The notes under the pieces are model-generated. The model was not told the DNA's origin and did no database searches. It was given only the letters and a program-made list of their open reading frames with translations. A stretch of DNA of 64,000 bases from Vicugna vicugna (taxonomy: Eukaryota): assembly GCA_013265495.1 (NCBI GenBank), contig MU058205.1:384312-448311 (forward strand), given 5' to 3'. Shown one piece after another: positions 35,245-48,995 of the stretch (position 1 is the first letter of the stretch; the number at the start of each line of letters is the position of its first letter). The position numbers and the translations under genes are program-made.

Positions 35245-38200
35245 ACACAGCACCCCCAGCATCTCCTTGCATAAGACAAATGTCTTCCAAGGAGGAGAAG
35301 GGGAAAGATGGGTTGACTTGCTCCAGCTCCAGGCTGAGCAGGTTCCTCACTGGGCAAGGCCTCTGGGGTGGGGGGTGGGGAGTAGGGGAAACATGTGTTC
35401 TGTCCGCCTAGCCCTTCGGCTCACACCTTCTCCTCCTCCTCCCAATCTCTCCTCCTCCCATGTGCTCCGGCCCTGTGCAATATCCCACCCAGACTTGATC
35501 CTGGCTGGTTGGTCCTAATACCCTCCTCTTGGACCCCACGATCTGCCTGAGGATGGGCATGTGAACCGGTATTTGCGATGCACATGGTAGAGTCTGTCCT
35601 CTGTTCTGTGGCTGTTACACGGACATGATCTGTGCATCTTTCCATCACACACGGAAGAGACCTGTCTCCATGAGTCCACCCACTGGCGTCCCAGGGCCGG
35701 GGGAGGTGAGGGGGGAGAGGCCGGCCCTGACCATGCCCCTGACCACGTCCCTGAGTCGTCAGAGTCCACCTTGCCCAAGGCCGCCCCGCTTCTGTTTCTC
35801 CCAAGGAAGGGATGCAAATAAGTGCCCCTTTCCTTAAGCTAGTTGGGGGGGGTAGGTCTTTCTTGACCACAGGGTAGGGGCTGTCACGGCACCCGCCTTA
35901 GACCTGAGCCACCCCAGCCCCTGTGCCCCCCACTTGAGAGGGCCCTGCTCTCAGCGCCTGTCTAGCCACTCCCCTCCCTGTGCGGTGAGGAGTCTGTGGA
36001 TCTGGGACCTCATACACCCCCTTGTCTGGGCCCGGGAGCTCCTGGCCACCAAGCCTGGGGCAGCTCTGAGGGCCACACAGGCCTCTTCCCTGGGCTCATC
36101 TTCTCAAGGACAGAAGACAGCAGGTGTGTGAACTCCCAGGCTTGCATGGCCATGTGAAGGGACACGACATTGGGGTGTCTGCCCCATGCACACAAGGCCC
36201 TTGGATGCAGAAAGGAGACAGGGCTGGGTGAGGGGGGGGAGGGTCTTCCATCTGCACTCTTTCTGGGGGTACTAATGTGGAGGGAGTATATTAGATGCAT
36301 TTAAACTTCTCGACCACCCATGATGCCATTAAGTGGACTGGCCATCGGAGAAGTCAATTACGTCAGAGAGGAGGCAGTGTGGCCAGAGGTGGGGCTTTCA
36401 AGCACCGGTGACATTCTTTTGCATTTTGTTTCTAAATAACAGATCGGATGCCCCCCTCTGCCTGCAGGGACTCACAGCCACGCTGGGCAGTACACGTTTG
36501 CACAGCCCGCAAGGGCACGTGGGGCTCCGGGCTCTCAGTCACCTTCCGTCTGTCTGTCCTGACCCTCCCCACACCCTCCCTCCCTGCCTGTCTATGCCAG
36601 GCCCTCAGCACTTTTCTGCTCCTCTGTTCCCCTGCAAGACAGTGAAATGACCAGTGAACCACTGCGCACGTCTGTGTCAGCATCCTCTGACCGCGCTCTG
36701 ACAGGCTGCGCAATAAGCATGACGTCTCCCACAGCGAGCTCGCACCACGGGGGTGCTCAGGGACAGTAAATGGTTTATAGCTGGACTAATAGACCCTGGG
36801 CTGGAATGACAAGGAGCTGCCTCTGGCACGGTCCCTGCACTCCTGATCACAGAGGGGCCATGGGTACAGTCACCGGCTCTCAAGGCACAGGGCACAGACT
36901 CTGCCTCCCTCCCCGTTTGACTCAGCTCAGATGCAGATCCCTCCCAAAGCATCTAGTCAGTGGTCCTACGGGATCTCTGGGATGTCCACTGTGAAGGAGT
37001 CTGGGAGGTGCCAGTCTGCATCCCCTGGAAGAGGTCCGAATGGCTGCAGAGTCAGCCCGCCCTCCACAGCACCACCCGCTCCCAGCAGTTTCTCTCCAGA
37101 TGCATCCTCAGAACACTGAGTGTAAAGTGTCACCACAAGATGGAGAAGTCGCCCTCAGCACAGGCATCAGGGATGGAGCCCTCCAGCCTTCATCCAGATA
37201 TGAGCAGGCATCAGAGGGGTCACACCCACAGGCCGCCACCCGGGATGCAGGCAGGTGCTCAGGGGCAAACAGGTGCTGGCTGGTCCTAGAGGTGCCCTGT
37301 GCACTGGAGGAGTTGGAGGGAGCAGAGTTCCAGCTGAGGGAGCCAAGCAGAGCCAGCGGAGGACCAGGCGAGGTCCACTACCCTACCGGCTCTGCCCTGG
37401 TCCCATGTGGCCTGAGAGGCAGAAGGTCTGTGCACCAGCACCTCTGATGGTCTCGAGGACGCTGGCCTTAAGGCCCTCCTCTAAGGACATTTCGTGACCC
37501 CGGATCCCCCCTCACTAAATGATTGCAGCGTGACAGCCTCCTCCTAGGAAAGGCACTTGTGACTTAGGGTCACTGGCACTGAAATTTTGGCTTCAATAAG
37601 CATCTCAGAAAGGTGTGGAGCTGTTCACTCTTCAGGGACAGTGAGTAAAAGGACGCCAGTCAATTTTAGTCAGTTTGCTTCAAGGACTTGAGTCTTGGGA
37701 GGGAGGCCAAGTTCACGGGCTGTGCACATGGCCCCGGGAGGCCCAGCCGAGCAGAGCTCCGGGCTGCAGCCCCAGAGGTCAGCGCCCCGCATGCTTGCAG
37801 CTCAAACTGCAGGATCGCAGGAGAAGTTAACCAGCCTTTCTGGAGCGAGCCCAAGGGCTTGTGTCAACCGTCTCAGGTGGCAGCACAGACTGAGAGGGTA
37901 CAGGTTATTACAGGTTATGGGGCACAAAGAGAATTCAAAGATGAAACAAATTCCACAAATCTCCCAGGAGCCATGCTCACTTCTAGGTGGTTAATAGTAA
38001 CAAAGCACATGGACGTCCAATCGGACTTCAGAATCTCAAGGCGCCCACTTCCCTGTAGTGCCTACGTGCTCGCGCGGAGACACCCACAATTCCACCTATG
38101 CGACACCCACGCTGCAGAACCTGCAGCTGAGAGCTCAAGCAGCATCTCTCCAAGGTCTGCCCTGCTCATCCCACCCTTCCGGGAACTTGAGGAGGGGCTG

Positions 38201-39201
38201 GGACGTCAGCCTCAGCGCCTACTTTGAAAATACTTCAGGAAATGATCAGATGAGCCCCAACAGACATTTTACCTCAAATCGACTTCATTAGAGATTCTCT
38301 GGTGGGGGAAGCCGTTGGTAGAAGAGGGAAGATCAGAGCGTGTCGAGCACATTGTGCGTGATTTACAATAAAACCAGAATCACTGGTTTGGGACAAAAGA
38401 ATTTTTAATGAATCAGCTTAAACCAAAGTCAGTAGATAAAGAGTAGAGATCAAGGCTGATTTTTCACCTTTTAAACATGGTGGGGGAGGAATCAAAAATA
38501 AACATTCATCCCAGGTCATACCAGGGCAGGTGATTTAGCACACCTTTCCCAAACTCTAATGGCTCAAGAAGGCAAAAGTCATGAGAAAACATGTGTAGAA
38601 AGCTTGAAATATCAGCTCTAGATAGTATTCAACACCTAACAAAGAGAAGACACACTCTTTTCAAGCAAGTGTGTAATCTATAAAAATTGACAGTGTACCT
38701 CAATGAGTTCTAAGGAAACAATATTTTATATATATAATTATGCATATTAATGATGTATAATATACTCTATTACCATATAACAAAATTAGAAATCAATATT
38801 AAATGAGTATTTTTACAAATCCCATCTATCTGGAAACCAAAGAACATACTAATAAATATGCTTAGATTAAAAATAAAGCTGAAAGGGAGATTACAAAATA
38901 CTTAGCAGCAGACTAACAATGACACTGCATATCAAAACCTGGCAGCTTCAGGCCCAGACCGTTTCATAGGAAAGTTCTTCAGATTTTTGAGAAATAAATA
39001 ATATGTTTCCGTAATCTGACCCTAATCGGATATTAAGAAAAGATTATAACTAATTAAGCTTTATCTCAGGAAGGCAATAATGGCTTAATGTCAAAAAATA
39101 ATGTGTCAATGTCATTTTTAACATTTCTAGAATAAAGGAGAATGATATTGTCATTATCTCAATTTTTGCAGAAAACACTCAAGAAAGTCCAATACCTATA
39201 C

Positions 39202-39297
39202 TTTAATTTTTATTTTTTTATTGAAACGTAGTTGATTTACAATGCTTTAGGTGTACAGCAAAGTGATTCACTTATACACATACATATTATTTTCAAA
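39202..39297 (-). mobile_element. Short L1 3' end
   Basis: T-tail plus 'ttgaaacgtagttgatttacaatg...ggtgtacagcaaagtgattca'. Confidence 0.85.
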
Positions 39298-39503
39298 TCC
39301 CAGGGTCCTTCCATCTAGCCAAGGGTGACCCTGCTCTCAGGACAGCCACATTCCAAATGCCAGGCGATGCATGGAATTCTAGAGACTTGTGGGAAGAGGT
39401 GGTTCTCACCCATTATTAACTGTGTGAGAGTCTGTGTTGAAGAGAAGGGCTTGGATCTTTGTAAAATCCCATGAAAAGCTTCTGCCCTCTTTCACACTGA
39501 GTC

Positions 39504-39705
39504 TTTTTTTTAAATGAAGTTAAGTTGATTTACAATGTTGTGATAGTTTCATGTACACAGCAAAGTGATTCAGATATACAGATAAATAACACATATATGT
39601 TCTTTTTCAGATTTTTTTCCTTTATAGGTTATTACAAAATATTGAATAGAGTTCCCTGTGCTCTACAGTAGGTCCTTGTTGTTTATCTAGTTTATATACT
39701 GTGTA
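39504..39705 (-). mobile_element. L1 3' end
   Basis: T-tail plus 'gttgatttacaatgttgtg..tacacagcaaagtgattcag...gttccctgtgctctacagtaggtccttg'. Confidence 0.9.
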
Positions 39706-39721
39706 GCAACACCTGTCTGTT

Positions 39722-40226
39722 TAAAAAAACATTTTTACTGAGTTATAGTCATTTTACAATGTTGTGTCAAATTGCAGTGTAGAGCACAATTTTTCAGTTA
39801 TACATGAACATGCATGAACTTTTTTCACCGTGAGCTACCACAAGATCTTGTCTATATTTCCCTGTGCTATACAGTATAATCTTGTTTATCTATTCTACAT
39901 ATGCCTGTCAGTATCTACAAATTTTGAACTTCCAGTCTATCCCTTCCCACCCCCCTCCCCCTGGCAACCACAAGTTTTTTTTCTATGTCCTTGAGTCTGT
40001 TTCTTTTTTGTTCTTTTTGGTATTTTTTTTTTTAGATTCCACATATGAGCAATCTCATATGGTATTTTTCTTTCTCTTTCTGGCTAACTTCACTTAGAAT
40101 GACATTCTCCAGGTCCATCCATGTTGCTGCAAATGGTGTCATGTTGTCATTTTTATGGCTGAATAGTATTCCATTGTATAAACATACCACATCTTCTTTA
40201 TCCAGTCATCTGTTGATGGACATTTT
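39722..40226 (-). mobile_element. Young L1 3' end (~500 bp)
   Basis: 3' UTR plus ORF2 end 'cttcacttagaatgac..tccaggtccatccatgttgctgcaaatgg...ggctgaatagtattccatt'. Confidence 0.9.
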
Positions 40227-41244
40227 ATAAACACCTATTTTTAACTGGGAAAAAAAGAACAACCTCTTACCAAACTGGAAAAACTGCAACTAGAAAGGAA
40301 ATGCCTTAACTTAGAAAAAAGTGATGCATCAGAACACTTAACAGCAAGTGTTACACTGAGGGAGAAACTTTATCCCCAACTCCCTTTGAGACTGAAAATA
40401 AGACTACACTCTCCCATCACCACCACCCTTTCCTGTAACACAGCCCTAGGGGTTGCAGCCAACAGTAGAGGAAAATGTTTTTTAAAGGCGTAAGATCTGA
40501 AAAGGAAAGGAAAACTACCATTATTTGCAGACAATGGGATCAGCTATATTAAGACAAAAAGAATGCAGCTCATAAAAGTTGCCAGAGTCAAGAAAAACTT
40601 ACAAAGATCATTATGGAATTTTCTGTTACCAACAATAATCAACAGAAGTATCATCATCATAATAGAAAGATGACTCATGATAGTGGCAAAAATTATATTA
40701 TATCCAGGAATATCTAAGACCTTCATGGAGAGCAGATAAACTCTTTTAAAGGATGCTTTGAAAGATCTAATTAAATAGGGTAGCACTCCATTCTCTGAGT
40801 TGAGTAAACATAATATTAAAAAGACATTTACTCTCCCTCCAAATTAATGTATGAATTCAATGCCCTGGCAATAAAATGTACAGTCGAAGTTTTTGAGGAC
40901 TTTGATAAACACACACTGAAGTGTATATGGAAGAACAATGTTCATATGCACTAAATCTGTATCGAAAAAGAAGGGCAAAGAGCAGGGACTTGACCTGCCA
41001 GATAGTAGTACCTCTCCTAAGGCCCCACTAATGAGGCAGCATGACGATGACTCAACAGCAGTAATCAGGACAAGCTTAGCGGAGAGCTCGGGCCAGTCCT
41101 GGTGCGTGTGTGGGGCTGTGACAAGGTGGGCGGCACTGCCCGAGGCCAGGACGGTCTGAGATGGGGCTGGAAACTGACCCCCTTGGTGGCAATAAAGTAA
41201 AACTGGATGCTCACTGGAAGCACCGGAGCTGTATAAAATGGCAG

Positions 41245-41568
41245 GAGCCAGGTGGTTCAACACCCCCAGTGTGGACAGTAACATCACACGCCATACCAGT
41301 CTGGAGGCTGGGAAGTCCAAGATCAAGGCACCAGCAGAGTCAGTGTCTGGCGAGGCTGCTTCCTGGTTCATAGACGATTGTCTTCTCCATGTCCTCACAT
41401 GCCTTTCACATGGGGCAGGGGTAGCCCTCTGGGGTCTCCTTTATCAGAGCCCTAATCCCATTCATGAGGACTCTGCCCTAACGACCTAATCACCACCTTC
41501 TAACACAATCACCTTGGGGGTTAAGATTTTAACATACGAATTTTGGAACACAAGCCTTCAGTCTACAG
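41245..41568 (-). mobile_element. MaLR LTR (MLT1A-like)
   Basis: 'tctggaggctgggaagtccaagatcaaggcaccagcaga.tc.gtgtctgg.gagg...ctaatcccattcatgagg..tctgccct..gacctaatcacc'. Confidence 0.9.
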
Positions 41569-43523
41569 TGAGTTCTCCCAGGTGTCCTCGAAGGGGATCA
41601 GCGCATGGGTGTTCACCTCAGTTTTTTGTGATGTTGGAAATTCAGGGGTGATCTAGGTGATCATTTTTAGATGAAGCAACACATTGCATGAGGAGGAATC
41701 TCGTGGAATCCCGTGCAGCACGGACAGACCTCCGGAGCATTGTGTTGAATAAGAAAGAAACAGGATGAGACCTAGACAGAGCACATTCATTTATGTAAAT
41801 TAAAAATCACATGCACACAGAACTACCTGCCTGACTTATAAATTATATTTGTACACAGTTTATGCATGACCTATGTATTTTATAAATGATATGTTTGTTT
41901 ACAATCATAAGAACAGATGCAGATATAGATTGAAAAAAGGGAAGGTTGCCTATCAAGGGAGAAAAATGGGAGTGGGAAATGCCTATGAAAGGGAATGAAT
42001 AATGAAAATTAGGAACTAGGTTTGGATCTTGAGTAAAAAACTGATGACATTGTGGCCTGAGCCAAGAAGTGATTAGCCCCGCCCTCTGTACCTGGGGGTT
42101 AAAAAAAGCCCCAAGCTATGAAACACTTAAAGGGACTGATCATTTGTTTTACACAATGGGTTCATTTATCATAGGGTCACAAGATTCCCTTATCTATTTA
42201 GACTATTTTGTTTAAAAAAAAAATGAGGTTTCCGAGCGATTACATTATGCATCTGTCAAATAGGGCTACCCCCACATGCCTTTGGGGAGGTTTGGATTTT
42301 CTTTTTGAAAAACAGCTATATATCAGATGTGCTTGCAGTGTTTGTCTTAAAAAGGAACTTTGGTCTAATGTTTAAAGCAGATGGTCTCCAGAGTTGGTGC
42401 GTGGACCTCAGAACTAGTCACGGCCATCCACCGGGGGATGGAAGGAAATGTTAGATATTTAATTAATGTTTATCTTACAAACTGAGAGGAAGTTTAATGC
42501 TATTTACTCTATGATGGAAGCAGCTGCTCTCTGTTTCTGTACCTCAGATTGTCCCAGGTTGGATGCCACACACAGGCCCCTAAGGGACCCTGGAAGAGCC
42601 TGCGTGGGATTCTCCTTCACTCCTGCTGTGGGATGTAGGGACGTTGCCCAGTTAGATTGTCTGGTTCTGTCAAGACTCACTCTTACAAAATGGCCCTAGA
42701 AGATTCCTGCAAGAGGACTATGGAGCGAGGATAAAGTTAACCATGCAAGCCCAGGGAACGACCAGAAAATGGCAGAGATGACCTTCTTCCCGACCCTGAT
42801 ACAGATCCTTCATCAGCCACGCGAACAGGTGAAAACAGAGACAATCCAATCAGACCCAAAGGAAAGTCAGCCACAAATATTTAAATAATCAAGACGATGA
42901 CCTGAAGAATGGATTTACAGTCACTCTTAATCTCCATGAAGAGTGTATCATGCTGAGATACTGGCTAATGATAATGCAAAAACATCATGATTAGCAGGAC
43001 GTTTAAAAACTAAACAAGACTCTGGATGCAAGGATAGACCTCTGTCAGGTCTTCAGTAATGTTTAAAGTGAGGGAATATTTAATCCACTGCCTTTGAAAA
43101 CCTCACTGGACTTAATGATAAATTTTAAAACTTCTGTCAAGGTTTCTCATTTCATTGCAGTAGATCAAAAAAATCATATTTGAAAAACACTTATTTTTCC
43201 CCTGCTGGGGAAAAAAATGGCTGAAATGAAATATTTAAAACAACAGCAACAACAACATGGCAACAAATTAAAATATATTCAAATCCTGGTGAGCATTTGA
43301 AGCCAGCAAGCATTAGAGCAAATTAATTAGTTGAGGCGATTGATTATACAATTAGATGAAAGTACAGATATCCCCAACAGATCTCAGCTTACAGTATTTG
43401 TTACACTCTGTGAATAATAAAATATATCTTAAAAATTATTTTTTGTGTGTGAGCTACTAAAAGATGTCCTGCAGAAGATGTACTCAGCAATAAATGACAT
43501 CTTTAATGAAATAGCATCTTATG

Positions 43524-43660
43524 AGAGGAGGGTCTAGCTCAAGTGATAGAGCACATGCTTAGCATCCATGAGGTCCTGGGTTCAACCCCCAGTACCTCTT
43601 CTAAAATAAATAAATAAATAAACTTAATTACCATCCCCCACCCAACAACCAAAAAAAAAA
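43524..43660 (+). mobile_element. tRNA-derived SINE, camelid Vic-1-like
   Basis: A box tagctcaagtgata, B box ggttcaacccc, (taaa)n stretch, C-rich stretch and A tail. TSD agcatcttatg (43513) / agcatctaatg (43663). Confidence 0.9.
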
Positions 43661-44364
43661 GGAGCATCTAATGGGAAGACTGTGTAAGGTACAGCCTGGG
43701 AGAAAGCTCTGCTTTAGCCCGAATTCAATTTTTGTTAATAGAAGAAATTATGGGGTCACGTTTACAAATAGAACACCTCATTTGATATTCACTTGCAGAC
43801 AAGTGACTGAGGCATGGAGGCTGACATCACATGTATCAAGGGCTGCTGTATGTCACCGAGGTGGAGAGTTTTATGAAAACAAGGACTTCACACTTTCAAT
43901 TTGAGCAACCATGAAATTTTTGTACCACAGTGGTTGCCTCATAGCAAGATACTTAAAAGACTTGTCAAACCAACCATTTCCTTGTTCAAGGTGCTCCAAA
44001 TTGGCTAGCATTTTCTATGATGACAAGTGGCACCCAACAGTATGCTTGCCAGTGGATATTATTAAGCTATGTAAATAAATTTTTTAACAGTCTTAGGCAC
44101 ACTTTGTACCTGACAAAATTTCAATTTTAAAAAGTAAAATAAAAAAATTAAAATTAAAATACTCTTGGTCTGTAAGGTAAAAATAAAGTTGTAACTGGGA
44201 GTGAGAAAATAACTCTTTTAGAAAGAAACTTGTGTATTGGAGGAGGCATTTTTAAAACTGATGTTTGGCAATGTTTCCCTCATTATGTGACTTCAATCCT
44301 GAAAACCATCTAAGAGTGACAGCTGCAGAAACCCCTCTGTCTGTATGCTTTAAAACTTTAGAAA

Positions 44365-45347
44365 TAGCAAGAAAATGAAAAGACAACCCAAAGGATAAGG
44401 AAACATATTTGCAAATCATATATCTGATATATGACATACTAAGAATGCTTACAATTCAACAATGAAAGGACGAACAACCCAGTTTAAAAGTGGGCAAAAG
44501 ACTTGAACAGGCATTTCTCCAAACAATATAACCAAGTGCCCAATAAGCACAGGAAAACATATTCAACATCATTAGTCATTAGGGAAATGCAAATCAAAAC
44601 CACAGTGAGGTACCGTTTCACATCCACCGGGGTGTCCATGATAAAGAAGACAGACTAATAAGTGTTGGCAAAATGTGGAGAAATTGGACATGTTGCTGGA
44701 ATTGCCTCATATGTTGCTGGAGGAGTATAAAATTGTGCAGCCTCTTTGGAAAACAGCTGGGCAGTTCTTTCCCCAAAAAGATAAAACATGAAGTTACCAT
44801 ATGGCCTGGCAATTCTACTCGTAGGTATGTGCCCATGAGAAATGAAAATGTGTCCACACAGAAGATTGTACATGAATGTTCATAGCATAATAGCCAAAAG
44901 TGGAAACAACCCAAATGTCCATTGCACATAATGGATTTTTTTAAATGTGGTATATCGATATAATGAAATTTTTTTGGCCATAAAATTGAATGATGCATGA
45001 TGTAACATGAATGAACCTTGAAAACACTATGCTAAGTGAAAGAAGCCAGTCACAAAACACCGCACGGTGTATGCTTCCACTTACATGGAGTGTCCAGAAT
45101 AGGTAGGTAAATCCAGAGAGAAAGAAAGAAGATGAGTGGTTGTCTAGGGCGTGGGGTAGGGGAGGACGGAGGGGTGGCTGCCATGGGAACAGGGTTTCTC
45201 TTTGGGGTGATGAAAAGATTCTAAATCAATTGTGGTGAGGGTTGCACAACTCTGTGAATACACTAAAACCTATTAAATTGTGTACTTTAAATGGGTGAAT
45301 TGTTTGGCAGGTGAATTATATCTCAATAAAGCTGATACTAAAAAAAA
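44365..45347 (+). mobile_element. L1 3' portion (L1MB-like)
   Basis: 'tcaacatcattagtcattagggaaatgcaaatcaaaaccacagtgag', 'atgaaccttgaaaacactatgctaagtgaaagaagccagtcacaaaa', ending 'gtgaattatatctcaataaagctg' plus A tail. Confidence 0.9.
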
Positions 45348-48300
45348 TCCCCTCCACCCTATTGTAAAATTTCTAAACAACACATACGTAAAAGCAATCC
45401 AATCAGTTTTAAGAACTTTGATGATCAATGCAAGAAAGGTAGGAATTTAGCTACCAGATTGCAGTGGGGACCCTTGTATAATCAGTAGATATAACTGAAA
45501 GATGGGTAATAAGGCTTAGTGAAGGCCTAGTACATACCATCAACCATGAGTGGCTTCCACTTGGACCCAGTGTATCTTCTTTATGTGTGGCAGCCATTAA
45601 ACCCAAGTATCCAAATAAACTGGACTTAACCTGGGCCTTTGAATCACCCCATCACTCAGAGTGGAGCCAAAATGTCAAATGAAAATAAAAGATATTCAAA
45701 CACTTTCCCTCACTGAGGAAAAAATGTTTTTCAACTCTTAATAAATGTTATTTCAAAATATTATTTAATTCATCACTTTAGTCTTTATTTTGCATACAGT
45801 TTTAGCATACAACATATACTAACACAGCTGTGTATGGAGAAAATGAAATGCATACCTACTTTGGGAGTACATGCTCAAAACCTTTCTGCTGACATGATCA
45901 GAAAATGTAAGGACCCAGGTTTGGAAGAGGAAGCTGAGGTTGGAAAGCTGGGAGAGCCTGCCTTCCCTCGACCTATGCATGATTCTGAACAGTCACAGTG
46001 TGACTTTGAGAGCCCAAGCAGCACTCAGGCTGCCCTGAGAAGGAGGTCCCATCAGAGGCCAGCTGCCTGATGTGGCTGTCCCCGTCTCCTGGCAGAGCCT
46101 CAAGGCCAGCGTGTGGGTCATGTCCCACATGCACACAGCAACCAGCTTGAAACTGCTTCCTTCCACAAGCAGGGACTGAGCAGGGAGGCAGGGTGATGCT
46201 GGTTATAGCAGGCATTGTGCCTTATAGGGCTCCCACAGTAGACAAAAAAAAGAAACACCATGACTAGCAGGGACCCCCAAACAGCCAATCCCTTTTCTGC
46301 AGGGCTATCACCTCTGCCCTTTTTAAGGGCCTCGAGATCCCATGAGGTGGGAGTCCAGCTCTGCACAAGGAGCTCAGCCTCTGCACCTGTAGTTCTTGTG
46401 TGCAGAGTGCCTGGGCCCTTCACAGGTCCCGGTGAGGATTAAGAGTCATTGGGTGAATCTGAATTTTCCCAAAAAGAGTCTGGCCATGCTCATGGGTACG
46501 TCAGGATACCAGCTCAACAACCAATTGAGACTTCTTAGGGGTCTTCCTGACAAGTCCCTTTCATTTGGACTCCAATGGAAAAGCGTCCAGAAACATCTCA
46601 CGCCTTCCTGAGTATTCCTCTAATGTTGTTCTCAAACGCTACATGACAGGTGTTCCTGCCACCCTGGGGGCAGGCACAACATAGACTCACAGACAATCAC
46701 AGCTGAAAGGAAATTCAGCCATCTATTTCTAACTCCCCATTTCACATGGAAGGAAATGGGGGCCCATGGATGGACAATATCTTGCCCAAGTTCACAAGCT
46801 ATGTAGACACAAAAGACATTTTTCATGATACAGACCAATGTTCCTGAAATTGCTGGCAATTAAGAATGATGGGAGGAGTTGCCAAGATGGCAGAGTAGGA
46901 ACCCCTGAGCTCATTTCCTCCCTCAGGCACACCAGGGGTGCAACTATTAACAGAACCATTATCTATGAGAAAGATCTGAAGGCTAGCAGAAAAGATTTTT
47001 CCACAATTAAAGATGTAAAGAAGAAACCACAATGGAACAGGTAGGAGAGGCAGAGTCGTTGTATAGTTAAGACCCACAGCCCCAGGTAGGAAACCCACAA
47101 ATGGGAGGATAATCACAGTTTTAGAGATTCTACCCAAGGAGTGAGGGATCTGAGCCCCACAATGGGCTCCCCAGCTTGGAGATTCTACACCAGGAAGATA
47201 AGCCCCCAGAACATTTGGCTTTGAAGACCAGAAGTGCTTGCATACAGGCAAGCCAAAGGGTTATGGAAAATAGAGACTGTGCCCCCCTTAAAGGGTACAA
47301 ACAAAGTCTCACACCTTCCAAGTCCCAGTGCAGAGGCAGTAATTTGGACAGAGCCTGGGTCAGACCCTCTTGCTGATCTTGGAGATGCTCTCAGTAGGGC
47401 AGGAGGCAACTGGGACTCCCCATGGGGACATAGACACTGGTGGCAGCCATTTGGGGGAGCTCATTCTACCACAAGGACACTGGTGCTAGCAGACACCATT
47501 TGAAAGCCTCTGTCTAGCTTATTAGCACCGAGGCCTTATCCATCCACCAGCAAGCTGACACCAGCCCTGGGGTCCCTGGGCACTTTGCCAGCCACCCCAG
47601 GCCCTGGCCCACCTACCAGTGAGCCCAACCCATGAAGAAAGGACTAGCATCCAACAGGGCCAGGTCATGGCCCAACCTACCAGGACACCCACAGTGGTTG
47701 GCCTGGCCACAAAAGAAGGGCACATGCAGCCCACCTAGGGGACACTCCTAGAGCATATAGCTCCAGTAACCATGGGAAGTGTGCTACTGGGCCCCATAGG
47801 ATGTCTCCTACATAAGGCCACTTCTACAAGATAGGGAAACATACCAGACCTACCTAATATATAGAAACAGAATCAGGCAAACTAAGGAGACAGGAAAACA
47901 TGTTCCAAACAAGGAAACAAGACAAAACTCCAGAAGAATAAGAGAAGTGGAGATAGGCAATCTACCTGATAAAAAGTTCAAGGTAATGATCATAAAGATG
48001 CTCAACGAATTCAGGAAAATAATAAATGAAAACAATGATAATATCAATAAAGAGTTAGAAAATATAGAGGAAACAAACAGAACTGAAGAGTATAATAACT
48101 GCAATAAAAAGTACAATAGAAGGAATCAATAGTAGATTAGATGATACAGAGGAACAGATCAGCAAACTGGAAAACATAGTAGTGGAAATCACTCAAATGA
48201 AACAAAAAAGAAAAAGAAAAAAGAATTTTTTTAAAATGAGACCTTAAGAGAGAGCAATATCAAGCATGCTGACATTCATACTATAGGGGTCCTAGGAGTA

Positions 48301-48995
48301 GAGAAAAAGAAAGGGGCAGGGGACTTATTTGAAGAAGTAATAGCTGAAATATTCCCTGACCAGGGAAAGGAAGCAGACATCAAGGTCCAGGAATCACAGA
48401 GAGTCCCAAACAGGATCAACCTGGAGAGAACCACACCAAGACACACTGCAATTTAAAAAAGTAAAAACTAAAGAGAAAAGCAACTAGTTCCATATAAGGC
48501 CATTACCTGAGTTTTCAGCAGAAAATCTGCAGGCCAGAAGGAAGTGGTAGATAAAGTGATGTAAGGAAAAAAACAATAGACAAGAACACTCTATCAGACA
48601 ACGCTGCCATTCAGATTTGGAAGACAGGTGAAGAGTTTTACCAAAAGACAGAAGCTAAAAGAGTTCAGCACCATTAAACCAGTTTTACAATAAATGTTAA
48701 AGGGACTACCTAAGTGAAAAAGAATGGACTACTATAAATATGAAAATTACAAAAGGAAACATTGCATTTAAAAACATATGCATGTAGTAAAGATAGTAGA
48801 TCAACCACTTATAAAGTTATTAGGATGGTTAAAAGACAAAAGTAATAAAATCATCTATAGCCACAATAAGTAGCTAAGAGATGCACAAAACAAAAAGATG
48901 TACACTATGATGTCAAAAACATTAAGCATGGGGCACAGTAAAAATGCAGGGAATGTTGGAATACATTCAGACCTAAGTGATAAGCAAATTAAAAT

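Larger units (their letters stand above)
38560..42110 (+). mobile_element. Fragmented ancient L1 (L1ME-like) with younger insertions
   Basis: Degenerate ORF2 motifs, e.g. 'aaaactaccattatttgcagaca' (LFAD) at ~40510 and 'aaattaatgtatgaattcaatgc'. A-rich sense strand. Confidence 0.65.
42378..45919 (+). mobile_element. Near-complete decayed hAT-Charlie DNA transposon, interrupted by a SINE and an L1
   Basis: Charlie-like end cagatggtctcca at 42378. BED-finger-like remnant (LKNGFT..ECI..EILAND..LAGRLKTK) at ~42890-43015. Catalytic IQLDESTDI at 43346-43372. W(L)..SKILK motif at ~43930. C-terminal AIKPKYPNKL at ~45590-45625. Decayed right end at ~45860-45919. Confidence 0.8.

Noticed and set aside
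35812..35819. Isolated octamers (also ~55949 and inside L1 at ~44588)
   Set aside because: Single 8-mers occur at about chance frequency, and no immunoglobulin V segments or RSS are visible nearby.
37688..38227. 179-aa ORF
   Set aside because: No homology recognised, TTG start and no coding-like features.
43524..43600. Possible tRNA gene
   Set aside because: The A/B boxes are followed by a SINE body, A tail and TSD, and the cloverleaf is degenerate.
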